Part shown: positions 49,038 to 59,121 of the stretch, in pieces
Layout: every line of letters begins with the position of its first letter
How positions within the stretch are numbered: position 1 is the stretch's first letter
NCBI GenBank assembly: GCA_965214705.1
Contig: OZ243972.1
Coordinates: forward strand, 2,272,001-2,336,000
Direction: 5' to 3'
DNA: 64,000 nucleotides
Source of the DNA: Alphaproteobacteria bacterium
GTDB taxonomy: Bacteria > Pseudomonadota > Alphaproteobacteria > UBA828
Program-made: the position numbers and the translations under genes
The notes under the pieces: model-generated
The model's input: only the letters and a program-made list of their open reading frames with translations
Databases searched by the model: none
What the model was told of the DNA's origin: nothing

Positions 49038-50756
49038 CTACCAGCCGAGCGCTCTGCTCATGCGCCGGGGGTCCGCGGCGCCTTCGATCTCGCCCGTCTC
49101 AAGGTCCTTGCGCACCGCGCAGACGCCGCCTGTCCAGTGCGACCAGTCGTCCAGCAGCTCGATCTCGTGCCCGCGCGCGGCGAGCCGGTCGCTGGTGGCT
49201 TCGTCGATGCGCCCTTCCAGGGTGACGCGGCCGGGATGCGCGGCGTGGGGCGCGAAGGAATCGGGATGGCTGTGGGTGACCAGGCGCGGGGCCTCCACCG
49301 CGTCCTGCAGCTCCATGCCAAAGGCCAGGTGATTCAGGAGCGTTTGCAGGTTGGCCTGGATTTGCGTATCGCCGCCGGGGGTCCCGAAGGGCATGATCCA
49401 GCGGCCGGGCGAGAGCGCGAAGCAGGGGTTGGGCGTGAGGCGCGGCCGTTTGCCCGGCGCGATGCAGGAGGGATGGCCCGGCACCGCCCACGACTGCGCG
49501 CCGCGCGAGGACACCGCGAGCCCGGTTCCCGGCACCACCGGCGTATCCCAGCTCGTGTCAGACGGTGTCGAGCAGAGCGCGTTCCCCTCGCCGTCGATGA
49601 CGCAGACGATCGACGTATCGGGCGAGGGCCCGATTGGCGCGCTGCATGCGCCGACCGGTGCAACGTATGGCTCGTAGCCGGGAATCCGGCCGGGGCGCGG
49701 CATGCTCGGCGCCGCCTTGCCGGGATCGATCGCCTTGCTCCGCTCGGCCGCGTAGGCGGAGCCGATGAGCGCATCGAGGGGAACGTCCACGAAGTCCGGA
49801 TCGCCCAGATAGCACTCCCTGTCGGCGAACGTCAGCTTCAGGGTCTCGGCAATCGTATGGAGATACGTGTCCGAGCCATATTTCTGCCTCCCCACGCCCG
49901 CCGCCTCGGCGATGGAGAGCGCTTCGAGCAGGAACGGCCCCTGGCACCAGGCGCCACAGGTGTGGACCTCGACCTCCTCGCCATTGAAGCGGAATCGGCG
50001 GGAGACCGTAGGCACGATTTGGCAGCGGAAAGCCTCCAGGTCTTCCGCCGCGAGCAACCCGTCGTGCTCCTGCTGGTGCGCGAGGATCTCGCGCGCGATA
50101 TCGCCCCGGTAGAACGCGCGCCGCACCGCCGCGAGGCCGGCCATGCGATCATCGCCGGCCGCGCGCTCCTCATCGCAGAGGAACTGCAGCGTGCGGCCGA
50201 GATCGGCCTGGACCAGCCGGTCGCCCGGCGCCGGCACCTCGCCGCCGGGCATCCAGATCGCGACGTTCTCCGGCCAGTGGCGGTACTCGTCGGCGTGCTT
50301 CTGCACATAGTCGAGCATGACCGGGTGGCGCGGGAAGCCCTCGGCGGCGTAGCGCAACGCGCGCGCCGCCACGTCGCGGAAGGTCATCCTGCCCCAGCGC
50401 TCCAGCGCCTGGATGCAGGCATCGGGGGCGGCCGGCACCACGGTGCGCCGCACGCCGAGCGGGATCGCGCCGCCGTGGCGTGCGATGAAGGCGTCGGGGT
50501 CGAGTGCCTGCGGCCAGCCGCCGACGCCTGCGATGGTGACGATCCCGCCGGTCTCGGCGAGACGGACGATCATCGGTGCGACCCCCGCCACGCTCACCTG
50601 GTCGCTGTAGACCACGCCGAGGGTCAGGATCGCGGCGACGCCCGCGTCGATGGCGTTGCCGCCGTTCTCTAGCGCCTCGAACGCGGCCAGCGTCGCGAGC
50701 TCGTGGCCCGTGCTGACGACGAAGTGATGACCGCGGGCGACGGGGACGACGGACAT
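49038..50756 (-). CDS. Gamma-glutamyltransferase family Ntn-hydrolase (no signal peptide)
   Basis: GGNAIDAGVA, DTS nucleophile Thr, PGKRP, GTPGGD, GAADPRR. Confidence 0.9.
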   Translation of the reverse strand: MSVVPVARGHHFVVSTGHELATLAAFEALENGGNAIDAGVAAILTLGVVYSDQVSVAGVAPMIVRLAETGGIVTIAGVGGWPQALDPDAFIARHGGAIPLGVRRTVVPAAPDACIQALERWGRMTFRDVAARALRYAAEGFPRHPVMLDYVQKHADEYRHWPENVAIWMPGGEVPAPGDRLVQADLGRTLQFLCDEERAAGDDRMAGLAAVRRAFYRGDIAREILAHQQEHDGLLAAEDLEAFRCQIVPTVSRRFRFNGEEVEVHTCGAWCQGPFLLEALSIAEAAGVGRQKYGSDTYLHTIAETLKLTFADRECYLGDPDFVDVPLDALIGSAYAAERSKAIDPGKAAPSMPRPGRIPGYEPYVAPVGACSAPIGPSPDTSIVCVIDGEGNALCSTPSDTSWDTPVVPGTGLAVSSRGAQSWAVPGHPSCIAPGKRPRLTPNPCFALSPGRWIMPFGTPGGDTQIQANLQTLLNHLAFGMELQDAVEAPRLVTHSHPDSFAPHAAHPGRVTLEGRIDEATSDRLAARGHEIELLDDWSHWTGGVCAVRKDLETGEIEGAADPRRMSRALGW

Positions 50757-50860
50757 GGCAACCTGCGAGTGCATTGGGTTGGGCTGGCGCGGCCGAGTAT
50801 AGACTGTAATGGTGCGGCGGCGCTTCGCCAGCCAACCAACCTCACGGAGGCCGGGACTCA

Positions 50861-51625
50861 ATGCAACCAGTGTGTCTCGTCATCGGTGCCGGCGCAGGCA
50901 TCGGCAGCCATGTGGGAAGCCGCTTCGCCGGCGAGGGTTACCACGCGGTGCTCTGCCGGCGGACCGACGAAGAGGGTCTGAACCGCGCGGTCGCAGCCAT
51001 CGAGGTCGAGGGCGGGGCCGCCTCCGGCTTCCTGCTGAATGCCGTAGCCCCCGGTACCATCGAGGAGCGGATCGCCGCGGTCGAAGCCGATATCGGCCCC
51101 ATCGAAGTGGCGGTCTACAACCTGGGCGCGCAGGTCGGCGACCGCGCGCTGGCGGAAACCAGCCACAAGGTCTTCGAGCTGGGCTGGCGGCTGGGGACCT
51201 TCGGCCTGTTTCGGTTGGCGTCCGCCGTCTGTCCGCTGATGGAGCAGCGCGGCAGCGGCACCATCCTCGCCACCTCGTCGACCGCAGCGATGCGCGGCAA
51301 CAAGGGCCAGCATTCGCACGCGTCCGCCATGGGCGGGCGGCGCATGCTCTGCCAGAGCCTCAATGCGGAGTTCGGCCCCAAGGGCATTCACGTCGCGCAC
51401 ATCATCATCGACGGCATGGTCGATGCGCCCGATACCCTGGGCAGGATGCTCGGCGCAGACGCGTTCCAGAAGCTCCGGGAGGAGCAGGGGCTGGAGCACG
51501 ACGGCCTGCTGCTGCCCGCCGAGATCGCCGACACATACTTCCAGCTTGCCCAGCAGCACCGCTCCGCGTGGACCCACGAGATCGATCTGCGGCCGTTCTC
51601 CGACACGCCGTGGTGGAACCGCTGA
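50861..51625 (+). CDS. Short-chain dehydrogenase/reductase (atypical)
   Basis: IGAGAGIG, YNLG, GIHVAHIIIDG, WTHEIDLRP. Confidence 0.88.
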   Translation: MQPVCLVIGAGAGIGSHVGSRFAGEGYHAVLCRRTDEEGLNRAVAAIEVEGGAASGFLLNAVAPGTIEERIAAVEADIGPIEVAVYNLGAQVGDRALAETSHKVFELGWRLGTFGLFRLASAVCPLMEQRGSGTILATSSTAAMRGNKGQHSHASAMGGRRMLCQSLNAEFGPKGIHVAHIIIDGMVDAPDTLGRMLGADAFQKLREEQGLEHDGLLLPAEIADTYFQLAQQHRSAWTHEIDLRPFSDTPWWNR

Positions 51626-51661
51626 CCTGGCCCGCAGGCGCTCCGTCCGGAGACACATTTC

Positions 51662-51676
51662 TTTACAATTCTTTAC
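51662..51676. promoter_or_regulatory. OmpR-family (CpxR-consensus) direct-repeat site
   Basis: TTTAC-AATTC-TTTAC, i.e. GTAAA-N5-GTAAA on the minus strand. Confidence 0.45.
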
Positions 51677-51804
51677 CGCGCAGATGTCGCTTATTGGTTG
51701 ATCGAAAACTCCGGTCGCCGGACGATAGGGTTGGCGACTCGCCTAATATTCTCGATGGATGAGGTTGCCAGCGCTTGAGACAAGCCGACACTTGAGAGCG
51801 GAGA

Positions 51805-52377
51805 ATGACGATGAAACGAAGCTGGAGACACGGCATGGTCGGCGGGATCGCGTTCGCGGCTGCCATCGCGCTCGCCTCCACCATGGCGTCGACGTCTGCC
51901 CGGGCCGACCACACACATGTGTGGGATGCCGCGCTGATGGGCGCTGTCATCGGCGGCTTGATCGGCTTGGCGATGGACCAAGAGCCCGGCCACGTGACCA
52001 CGGTCGGCACCAGCACGGTGTCGGGTGGCCTGTACTTCGGTCACCACGTGGGTCATCGTCAGCATTCATGGGTGTATCAGCGCCCGATGCATCATCAGCG
52101 CTGGTGGCACGACCGCCGGAGCCATCGGCAGCCCTGGTACGTGCATCCCCGGCGACACCGTCATGGCCACCACCACCACGGCTATCACCGCGGATGGAAG
52201 CGGCCTCACGTGCACCCCCCGGTCCTGGTGCAGCCGAGACCGCGCGATCGGAACCGCCACCACCACCGCTCCGTGTACGGCCACAACACGCATCGGGATT
52301 GTCGCGTCCTCGAACACGGTGCACGGCCGGTCGTTGCCTGCCGGGGCAGGGGCGGCCACTGGCACATTCTTCGCTGA
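51805..52377 (+). CDS. His/Arg-rich secreted protein with glycine zipper
   Basis: Signal peptide ending ARA, GAVIGGLIG zipper, about 30 His in 190 aa, C-terminal CR...ACRGRGGHW. Confidence 0.7.
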   Translation: MTMKRSWRHGMVGGIAFAAAIALASTMASTSARADHTHVWDAALMGAVIGGLIGLAMDQEPGHVTTVGTSTVSGGLYFGHHVGHRQHSWVYQRPMHHQRWWHDRRSHRQPWYVHPRRHRHGHHHHGYHRGWKRPHVHPPVLVQPRPRDRNRHHHRSVYGHNTHRDCRVLEHGARPVVACRGRGGHWHILR

Positions 52378-52412
52378 GGAATTCCGTCCCACATCGCGCC
52401 GGCCACTAACGC

Positions 52413-52529
52413 TCGCCACCGAACGACCTGGCGGCTGAGCAGGCGCTTCTCGGCGCGCTTCTCGTCAACGACGAAGCCATCTATCTGGTTGCCGATTTCC
52501 TGGAGCCGAAACACGTCTCCCTGCCGGTG
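52413..52529 (+). pseudogene. dnaB: Fragment of the DnaB helicase N-terminal domain
   Basis: Translates SPPNDLAAEQALLGALLVNDEAIYLVADFLEPKHVSLPV; no start codon, similarity ends abruptly. Confidence 0.7.
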
Positions 52530-52601
52530 ACGGTTCAGCCGACGGGCACGATGTTGCGCTGGCCCTCGAGGAAGCCGCCTGTGGCGAGCTCCTGGATGAG
52601 G

Positions 52602-52700
52602 AACGAGTTCGAGGCTTGTGGCTGACGCCGCATGCAGGCGGCGCTCAGGCATCGCGGCTGGATCGTGAACCACGGGAAGATTCAGCGCCTGATGCGCGGC
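52602..52700 (+). mobile_element. IS3-family transposase (OrfB HTH) remnant
   Basis: NEFEACG*RRMQAALRHRGWIVNHGKIQRLMR with an in-frame stop; matches the 'YGYRR..A.LR..G..VNHK...RLMR' pattern. Confidence 0.7.
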
Positions 52701-52800
52701 TTGACGCCAACTCTTCGGTGCTCTTACCCTGACTTGGACTAAAGCGCTTAGCCTTGATGTGGGCCAAGAAAGAACCACAAACGCCCCAGGGAGAGGAGAC

Positions 52801-54191
52801 ATGGCTGACAAATCAGACGAGGTTCTCAAACGGACGCTAGAGGAGACCCGGCGCTACAGGATCACCCGGCGCCACTTGATGCAGGGAGCGGTGGCGTCTG
52901 CGGCGGCACTCGCCGCGACCTGGAAACCGAGAGAAGTACGCGCCGACGTTTCCGGTTCGGTGAACGTCTACACATCGTCGGGCCTGCGTTGGGAGGGCTC
53001 CATGCGGGCGGCCCTTCCGCTGTTCGAGCAGGTCTATCCCAACATCGACGTCAACTTCGTCGCCGAGCCCATCGGCGAAACGTTCCCGAAGATCAACGTG
53101 ATGATGGAGTCGCAGATCGACACCTTCAACGTGATCTACACCGACTACGGCCAATGGCCGAGCATGTACGTAAAAGAGGCGCTTACCCCGCTTCAGCCGT
53201 TCGCCGATCAGGATCCGGCATGGTTCGAAGACTACCTGAACGACGTGCCGCGGGAGATCTCCAAGCTGTATCGCGTGCCGCCCGAGCAGGACGGCGAACT
53301 CTATGGCCTGACACCTGATGGCAATGCCCTTCTGGCGACGTATCGCAAGGACGTTCTCGACAAGCATGGAATCTCGTATCCAGAGACATTCGAAGAGTGG
53401 ATCGAGGCCGCCAAGGAGGTCCATGACCCCGACAACGAGGTGTACGCCTACTGCGCTTCGCTCAGCGCGGTGCCTGGTTCGGATTCAACTTCTGGGCAGC
53501 CTTGGCAGCCCATGGCGGCTCGTGGTTCGACCGGATGGAAAAGGGGTATTGGAACCCGACGTTCAACACCGAAGCCGGGTATCTCGCCCTCAAGGCGATG
53601 AAGGAGCTGCAGGCCTACGCGCACCCGGTCACCAGCAACGCGACCGAGGACGAAGTGAACCGGGCGTTCGCGAACGGCAGCGCCCTCCTCGGTCCGAACA
53701 CCTGGGGTACCGCGGTCCTGAACAAACCAGAGTACAGCAAATTCCCGGAGGAGTTCCACTGGGATGTTCCGCCGCGCGGCAGCAATCCGGAAGGTGTCCA
53801 CAAGGCTCTGACTGGCGGGCTCGGCCAGTTCATCCCGCCGTGGAGCGCCGACCACCAGGCGGCGTGGGAGTGGGTCAAATGGATCAACTCCGGCGACATG
53901 ACCGATCCGCGCATCGGCCAGGCCATGGTGGAAGCGGGCGGTCAGCCATCGCGCGTATCGCTTCTCAGCAAGTACGCCGATCAGCGGAACTTCTTCAAGG
54001 GATTGGCGAAGGCGATCCAGGTTGCAACGCCCTATCTCATGCTGGTGCCGGAAGCCATCCCGCTGGTCTCGGCATTCGGTGAGGAGGGTGCCGACTACGT
54101 CAACGATCAAAAGGATATCGAAGACGCCTTGGAGGCGATGGACAGGCGGTGCCGTCGCATCATGGAGGATTCGGGCTACTACGACGACTGA
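52801..54191 (+). pseudogene. Tat-exported extracellular solute-binding protein (CUT1 type), frameshifted
   Basis: TRRHLM Tat motif; 5' half in ORF 52759-53601, 3' half in ORF 53502-54191; -1 shift near 53455-53465. Confidence 0.8.
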
Positions 54192-54219
54192 CACCAGGAC
54201 GCCAGCACGAGAGTTATTG

Positions 54220-54251
54220 GCCCGGCCGTTCCTTGCGGCCGGGCTTTTCTT
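54220..54251 (+). terminator. Rho-independent terminator
   Basis: GCCCGGCCG-TTCCTTG-CGGCCGGGC followed by TTTTCTT. Confidence 0.8.
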
Positions 54252-54457
54252 GGGCCCGCATTTCGCGGATAACTTCCGGGTTTGGACCTTCTGAACTGAG
54301 CCTCTAATTCGGTATCACTGGTTAGGTTAGATGCAGCCGCGCCGGTACATAGTCCAGCCGCCGTTGACAATCCAAGCGATGAAATCGAGGCTGAGGCTCT
54401 GGTGACCGCTCGCGGGGCGGTCCGCGAAGCGTTCGGGACGGCTTAGGAGGCGGACCA

Positions 54458-56068
54458 ATGCCACCGACCAACATCGACGCCATCATCGTCGGCGCCGGCT
54501 TCTCGGGTATTTACATGCTGAAGCGCTGCCGCGAGTTGGGACTTTCCGCTCAGGTGATCGAGGCGGGCGGCGGCGCCGGCGGCACCTGGTACTGGAACCG
54601 CTATCCCGGTGCGCGCTGCGACGTGGAGAGCATGACCTATTCCTACTCGTTCTCCGACGAGCTCCAGCAAGAATGGACGTGGACCGAGCGCTACGCGAGA
54701 CAGCCGGAGATCCTGCGCTACATAGAGCACGTGCTGGACAGGTTCGACCTCAGACGAGACATACAGTTGGAGACCCGTGTCACGAGCGCGGCGTTCGACG
54801 ATGCCACGAACCGATGGATCGTCGATACGGACCGCGGTGAGCGCCTCTCCGCCAGGTTCTGCATCATGGCGACAGGCTGTATGTCGACCCCGCACATCCC
54901 CGATTACGAGGGCTTGGAACGCTTCGAAGGCGATTGGTATCACACCGGCCTCTGGCCGCATGAGCAGATCGACTTCACGGGCAAGCGCGTCGCCGTGATT
55001 GGGACGGGCTCGTCCGGTGTCCAGTCGATACCGGTGATTGCCGCGCAGGCGGCTCACCTCACCGTCTTCCAGCGTACACCGAACTTCAGCATTCCGGCGT
55101 GGAATGGCCCGCTCAGCCACGACGACGTGCAGATGTGGAAGTCGCGCTATCCCGAGCTGCGACAGCGCGCCCGCGGCACGCGCGTCGGCGATATCTTCGA
55201 GATCTCCGAAACCTCGGCGCTTGAAGTTTCGCCGGAAGTACGCGAGGGGACGTTCGAGCGGCGGTGGCGGGAGGGCTCCTTCAATTTCCTGCAGTCCTTC
55301 AACGACCTCATCACCAATAAAGCCTCGAACGATTTTGCCGTAGAGTTCGTGCACGACAAGATCCGCGAGCGGGTCGACGACCCCGAGGTCGCGGAGCTGC
55401 TGTGTCCAACGGATCACCCGCTCGGCACAAAGCGGATGTGCGTCGATACTGACTATTACGAGACCTTCAACCGCGCCAATGTCAGCCTGGTGGACGTGAA
55501 GGCTACGCCAATCGAAGAGATTACACCGAGCGGCCTCAAGGCCGGCGGCAAAGAATACGAGCTCGACGCTATCGTGTTCGCCACGGGCTTCGACGCCATG
55601 ACCGGTGCGCTCTTCAACATCGACATTCGGGGCCGGGACGGCATTCGGCTCAAGCATAAATGGTCGAATGGCCCGAGGTCCTATCTGGGGCTCGCGGTCG
55701 CGGGCTTCCCCAACCTCTTCACGGTCACGGGCCCCGGCAGCCCCTCGGTGCTCAGCAACATGATGAACTCGCTCGAGCAACACATCGAATGGATCGCCGA
55801 CTGCATCGACTACCTGGGGGAGCACGCACTCGACAGCATCGAGGCGTCCGTGGAGGCCGAAGACGAGTGGATGCACCACGTCAATGACGCGGCCGACAAG
55901 ACGCTCTTCTTTCAGTCCAACACCTGGTATGTCGGCGCGAACATTCCGGGCAAGCCGCGGGTCATTTATCCCTATGTCGGCGGCGTCGGCGTTTACCGCG
56001 GCATTTGCGATGAAATCGCGGCCAAGGGCTATGAGGGCTTCACCCTTGGTGGGCCTCAGGACGGCTGA
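54458..56068 (+). CDS. Type I Baeyer-Villiger monooxygenase
   Basis: GAGFSG, GGTWYWNRYPG, FEGDWYHTGLWP fingerprint, GTGSSG, ATGF; AGGAGG RBS. Confidence 0.95.
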   Translation: MPPTNIDAIIVGAGFSGIYMLKRCRELGLSAQVIEAGGGAGGTWYWNRYPGARCDVESMTYSYSFSDELQQEWTWTERYARQPEILRYIEHVLDRFDLRRDIQLETRVTSAAFDDATNRWIVDTDRGERLSARFCIMATGCMSTPHIPDYEGLERFEGDWYHTGLWPHEQIDFTGKRVAVIGTGSSGVQSIPVIAAQAAHLTVFQRTPNFSIPAWNGPLSHDDVQMWKSRYPELRQRARGTRVGDIFEISETSALEVSPEVREGTFERRWREGSFNFLQSFNDLITNKASNDFAVEFVHDKIRERVDDPEVAELLCPTDHPLGTKRMCVDTDYYETFNRANVSLVDVKATPIEEITPSGLKAGGKEYELDAIVFATGFDAMTGALFNIDIRGRDGIRLKHKWSNGPRSYLGLAVAGFPNLFTVTGPGSPSVLSNMMNSLEQHIEWIADCIDYLGEHALDSIEASVEAEDEWMHHVNDAADKTLFFQSNTWYVGANIPGKPRVIYPYVGGVGVYRGICDEIAAKGYEGFTLGGPQDG

Positions 56069-56474
56069 TCGCGACAAGAATGCCTATTGCTGAGGGCCCC
56101 CGGAAGTTGCGGTAGGAATGCGCATTGCTGCGCACTCCCCGACGCCGGAACGTTCACCGGCTACCAGCCACAGAGGTTACCGTCACGACGTGATCGACCT
56201 GATCCCGAAGTGGAATTCGCGCAACTCCCAATAGATGCCCAATCCGGCGTCAAGGCCAGGAAGCCAAAGAGAGAAGGCTCTAAGATGCTGAGTTAGAGAC
56301 ATTTTTAGTTGCGCGGGTGCTCAACCCCCGAGACCAGAACTTGTTCGAATTCCCGGTCTGAACCGCAGCAAGCTGCTCGGATTGCCCAAGAATTCTCAAT
56401 GTGCGCAGTCGACGCTCGGGGGTGAATGGCTTTGTCCGATCGTCTGGCGGGAAAACCCGCTTGCTACCCGCGGC

Positions 56475-57533
56475 TCATGCCGGCCCACCCGAGGTTTGGG
56501 ACACGTCCGGTGGTGGGCAGGTAGAGCCGCGCACCTTGATTTCACCCTGCAACCGGACCGAGGGGATTGGCGTGCCGTCTGTGAGAAAGTCGCAGATCAC
56601 CTGCGCGCTCTCCTGGCCCATCGCGGCGATGGGCAAGCTTATGCAGGTCAAGCGCGGATAGCTGTGCTCGGACCAGGAGATGTGATCGAAGCCCATGACC
56701 GACATGTCTTGAGGCAGCAGGAGCCCGCTGCGCTGAAGCTCGAACATCGCTCCGAGCGCGACGAGATCGGTGACGCAGAGCAGCGCCGTGGGCCGCCGGT
56801 CCCACGCCAGAGCCTGTTTCGCGGCAACGACGCCACCCCCGACGCTCAGCTCCGTCTCAATAATTCGCAGCGAACGCGCGCCCTCGACGGATTCCGCGCC
56901 GCGAATCCTGAAACGGGCTCGATCGTTCTGCGCCGTGGGCCCGGAGACCAGGGCGACATCCCTGTGGCCGAGGTCGAGCAGATGCCGCATGGCCTGGCGC
57001 CCGAGTTCGACGTTGTCGTAGCCGATGGTCGGCATCGAGGCGGAGGCCTCGTAGATCGAGGTTGCGACCACGGGCGCTCCGAACCGCTTGGCCAGGCCGG
57101 TGAGCTCGGGTTCGTGATCCAGCCCGGTTACGATCAGCGCCCTCGCGCCCATTTCGAGCAACGATCGGGCACGCTCGAGTTCCACGCGGCGGTCCATGCC
57201 CGTCGTGGCGATGAGCAGGCGATAGCCGTTGGCGTCCAGCCCGGCCTCCAGCGCCTCCAGGAACGCCGCGAAGATCGCGTGATTGATGGTGGGAATCACC
57301 GCGCCAACCGTGTTGGTGCCGCCTGCGTTGAGCGCGCGAGCGAGCGGGTCGGGCGCGAAATCGAGCTTGGCGAAGACTCGCAGCACGTCCTCGCGGGTTT
57401 CCGGCGAAACGGATGGCGAGTTGTTCAGGACCCGCGATGCGGTGGCGACCGAGACCCCAGCCTCGCGCGCAACATCCCGCAAAGTGATCCTTCGCGAGGA
57501 CTGTTTGCTCCGCAGTGATCTGCGTTCGGGCAT
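56475..57533 (-). CDS. LacI-family transcriptional regulator
   Basis: TLRDVAREAGVSVATASRVLN HTH, DMSVMGFD, LTCI. Confidence 0.95.
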   Translation of the reverse strand: MPERRSLRSKQSSRRITLRDVAREAGVSVATASRVLNNSPSVSPETREDVLRVFAKLDFAPDPLARALNAGGTNTVGAVIPTINHAIFAAFLEALEAGLDANGYRLLIATTGMDRRVELERARSLLEMGARALIVTGLDHEPELTGLAKRFGAPVVATSIYEASASMPTIGYDNVELGRQAMRHLLDLGHRDVALVSGPTAQNDRARFRIRGAESVEGARSLRIIETELSVGGGVVAAKQALAWDRRPTALLCVTDLVALGAMFELQRSGLLLPQDMSVMGFDHISWSEHSYPRLTCISLPIAAMGQESAQVICDFLTDGTPIPSVRLQGEIKVRGSTCPPPDVSQTSGGPA

Positions 57534-57849
57534 TCCGAGTTCCCGTGCAAATTATGCTGCGGGCGCTGTTCGCCCCTTTGGCAAGGGGTCCAGCCAAGCA
57601 CCACCCGGCCGCGTGTGCGACAAGCCAAGCGGCACCTGCTGCCACCGCGACGGTTGGCGTAGCGCCGAGCCCGGCTGAGCCGTGCGTGCACCCGCAGTAT
57701 ATCCCAAAGTCTCCAAACTCTGTCGTCCGGCGATAAACCGGTCAGGCATGAGGGCACAGCATGGGACCTCGATGCCGGCCAGTATTCCTTGCCCCGCGGC
57801 GGCGTACTGCAGCGTCCGAGCGCGCTTAGAATCTCAAATCGGCCTTCCC

Positions 57850-57895
57850 TGTAACCGGTCACATGCGCTATGGTTGGCTCACGTAACCGGTTACA
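57850..57895. promoter_or_regulatory. Tandem LacI-type operators
   Basis: TGTAACCGGTCACA (57850-57863) and perfect palindrome GTAACCGGTTAC (57883-57894), both with central CG. Confidence 0.7.
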
Positions 57896-58063
57896 GGTCA
57901 TAAAACCGGATTCCAAGGGTCAATGGGGAGGATGTCCACGTGCGCTCCGCCGCGAGACCATCATTTGAGAGCGAAATGTCACCATGATTGCACGATCGGA
58001 TACTCACGAGCCCATTGCCGAGACTGGACTCTCAACTACCGCAAATCGAAAGGAGTGCTCGAC

Positions 58064-59038
58064 ATGAAACGCACCGGCTTCATGGCAGTCGTCGCGGCAG
58101 GTGTGGCGATGCTGTTCGCATCGTCCGCGTCTGCCCTCGACAAGATCACGGTCGCCTACTTCCTCGAGTGGCCGACCGCGAACCAGGTTGCGCAGCTCGA
58201 GAAGACCTATGACGAGGCGATGGGCGTCGAAGTCGAGTGGCGCGCCTTCGGCAACGGCAACGAGATGAGCCAGGCGATGGTCTCTGGCGACGTGCAAATC
58301 GCCTATTCCCAGGGGCTGGTTCCGTGGGTGGTCGCGGTCACCAACGGGTTGCCTCTCAAGCTCGTCGGCGTGGCGGTGAGCTATGCGGAGGCCGACAACT
58401 GCGTCGTCCATGCCGACACCGGCATCACGCAGGCGAATGCGAGCGAGCTTGAGGGCAAACAGATTGCGACTCCGATCGGCAACGTGACCCACTACAAGCT
58501 CTTGCGCACGCTGGATCACCTGGGAGTGGACGCCTCGAAGGTCAACATGGTGCAGATGAACGGCGCCGACGCGTCGGTCGCGCTCGCGCGCGGAGACGTT
58601 GCCGCGGCCTGCGCCTTCGGCGGCCCGCTCCAGCGGATGAAGGAGTACGGCGACGAGCTGATGACTCCGGCAGAGCAGGAGGCCATCGGCATTCGCGTCT
58701 TCGACGTCGTCTCGGTGACCGAGAGCTTCGCCAACGACCATCCCGACCTGCTGCGGAAGTTCATGGAGGTCACCGATCAGGCGAATGCGGCCTACAACGC
58801 TGATTCGGCGCCGTTCATGGAGACCATCTCCCAGGCAGCCGGCATGGACCTCGCGGCGACGGAAAACATGCTCGGCATGTTCTCGTTCCCGTCGGCGGCG
58901 GACCAGAAGTCGGAAGCCTGGATGGGCGGCACCGTGCAGTCGTTCACCAAGGAAGTGGCGGATTTCTTCGTCCAACAGGGCCAGCTTGACAGCGCTCTCG
59001 ACAGCTACGCCTTCGCGATCGACGACAGCTTCCTCTAA
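58064..59038 (+). CDS. tauA: Taurine ABC transporter substrate-binding protein
   Basis: Signal peptide, ITVAYFLEWP, YSQG..P; AAGGAG RBS; operon with xsc. Confidence 0.85.
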   Translation: MKRTGFMAVVAAGVAMLFASSASALDKITVAYFLEWPTANQVAQLEKTYDEAMGVEVEWRAFGNGNEMSQAMVSGDVQIAYSQGLVPWVVAVTNGLPLKLVGVAVSYAEADNCVVHADTGITQANASELEGKQIATPIGNVTHYKLLRTLDHLGVDASKVNMVQMNGADASVALARGDVAAACAFGGPLQRMKEYGDELMTPAEQEAIGIRVFDVVSVTESFANDHPDLLRKFMEVTDQANAAYNADSAPFMETISQAAGMDLAATENMLGMFSFPSAADQKSEAWMGGTVQSFTKEVADFFVQQGQLDSALDSYAFAIDDSFL

Positions 59039-59084
59039 GCGCGACCGAGCGCGACTGCGGCTGGCAGGCCGCAGGTGCACGACT

Positions 59085-59121
59085 CCTCCCTGCCTCCCCA
59101 AGCATTCGGGAGGCAGGGAGG
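59085..59121 (+). other. Intercistronic stem-loop after tauA
   Basis: Perfect 14-bp stem CCTCCCTGCCTCCC / GGGAGGCAGGGAGG. Confidence 0.65.

Noticed and set aside
56069-56474. Short ORF or gene remnant downstream of the BVMO
   Set aside because: No recognisable motif, RBS or codon bias in any frame I read.
58024-58033. TauR-like CTGGAC site before tauA
   Set aside because: Single partial match with no direct repeat, and no tauR in the window.
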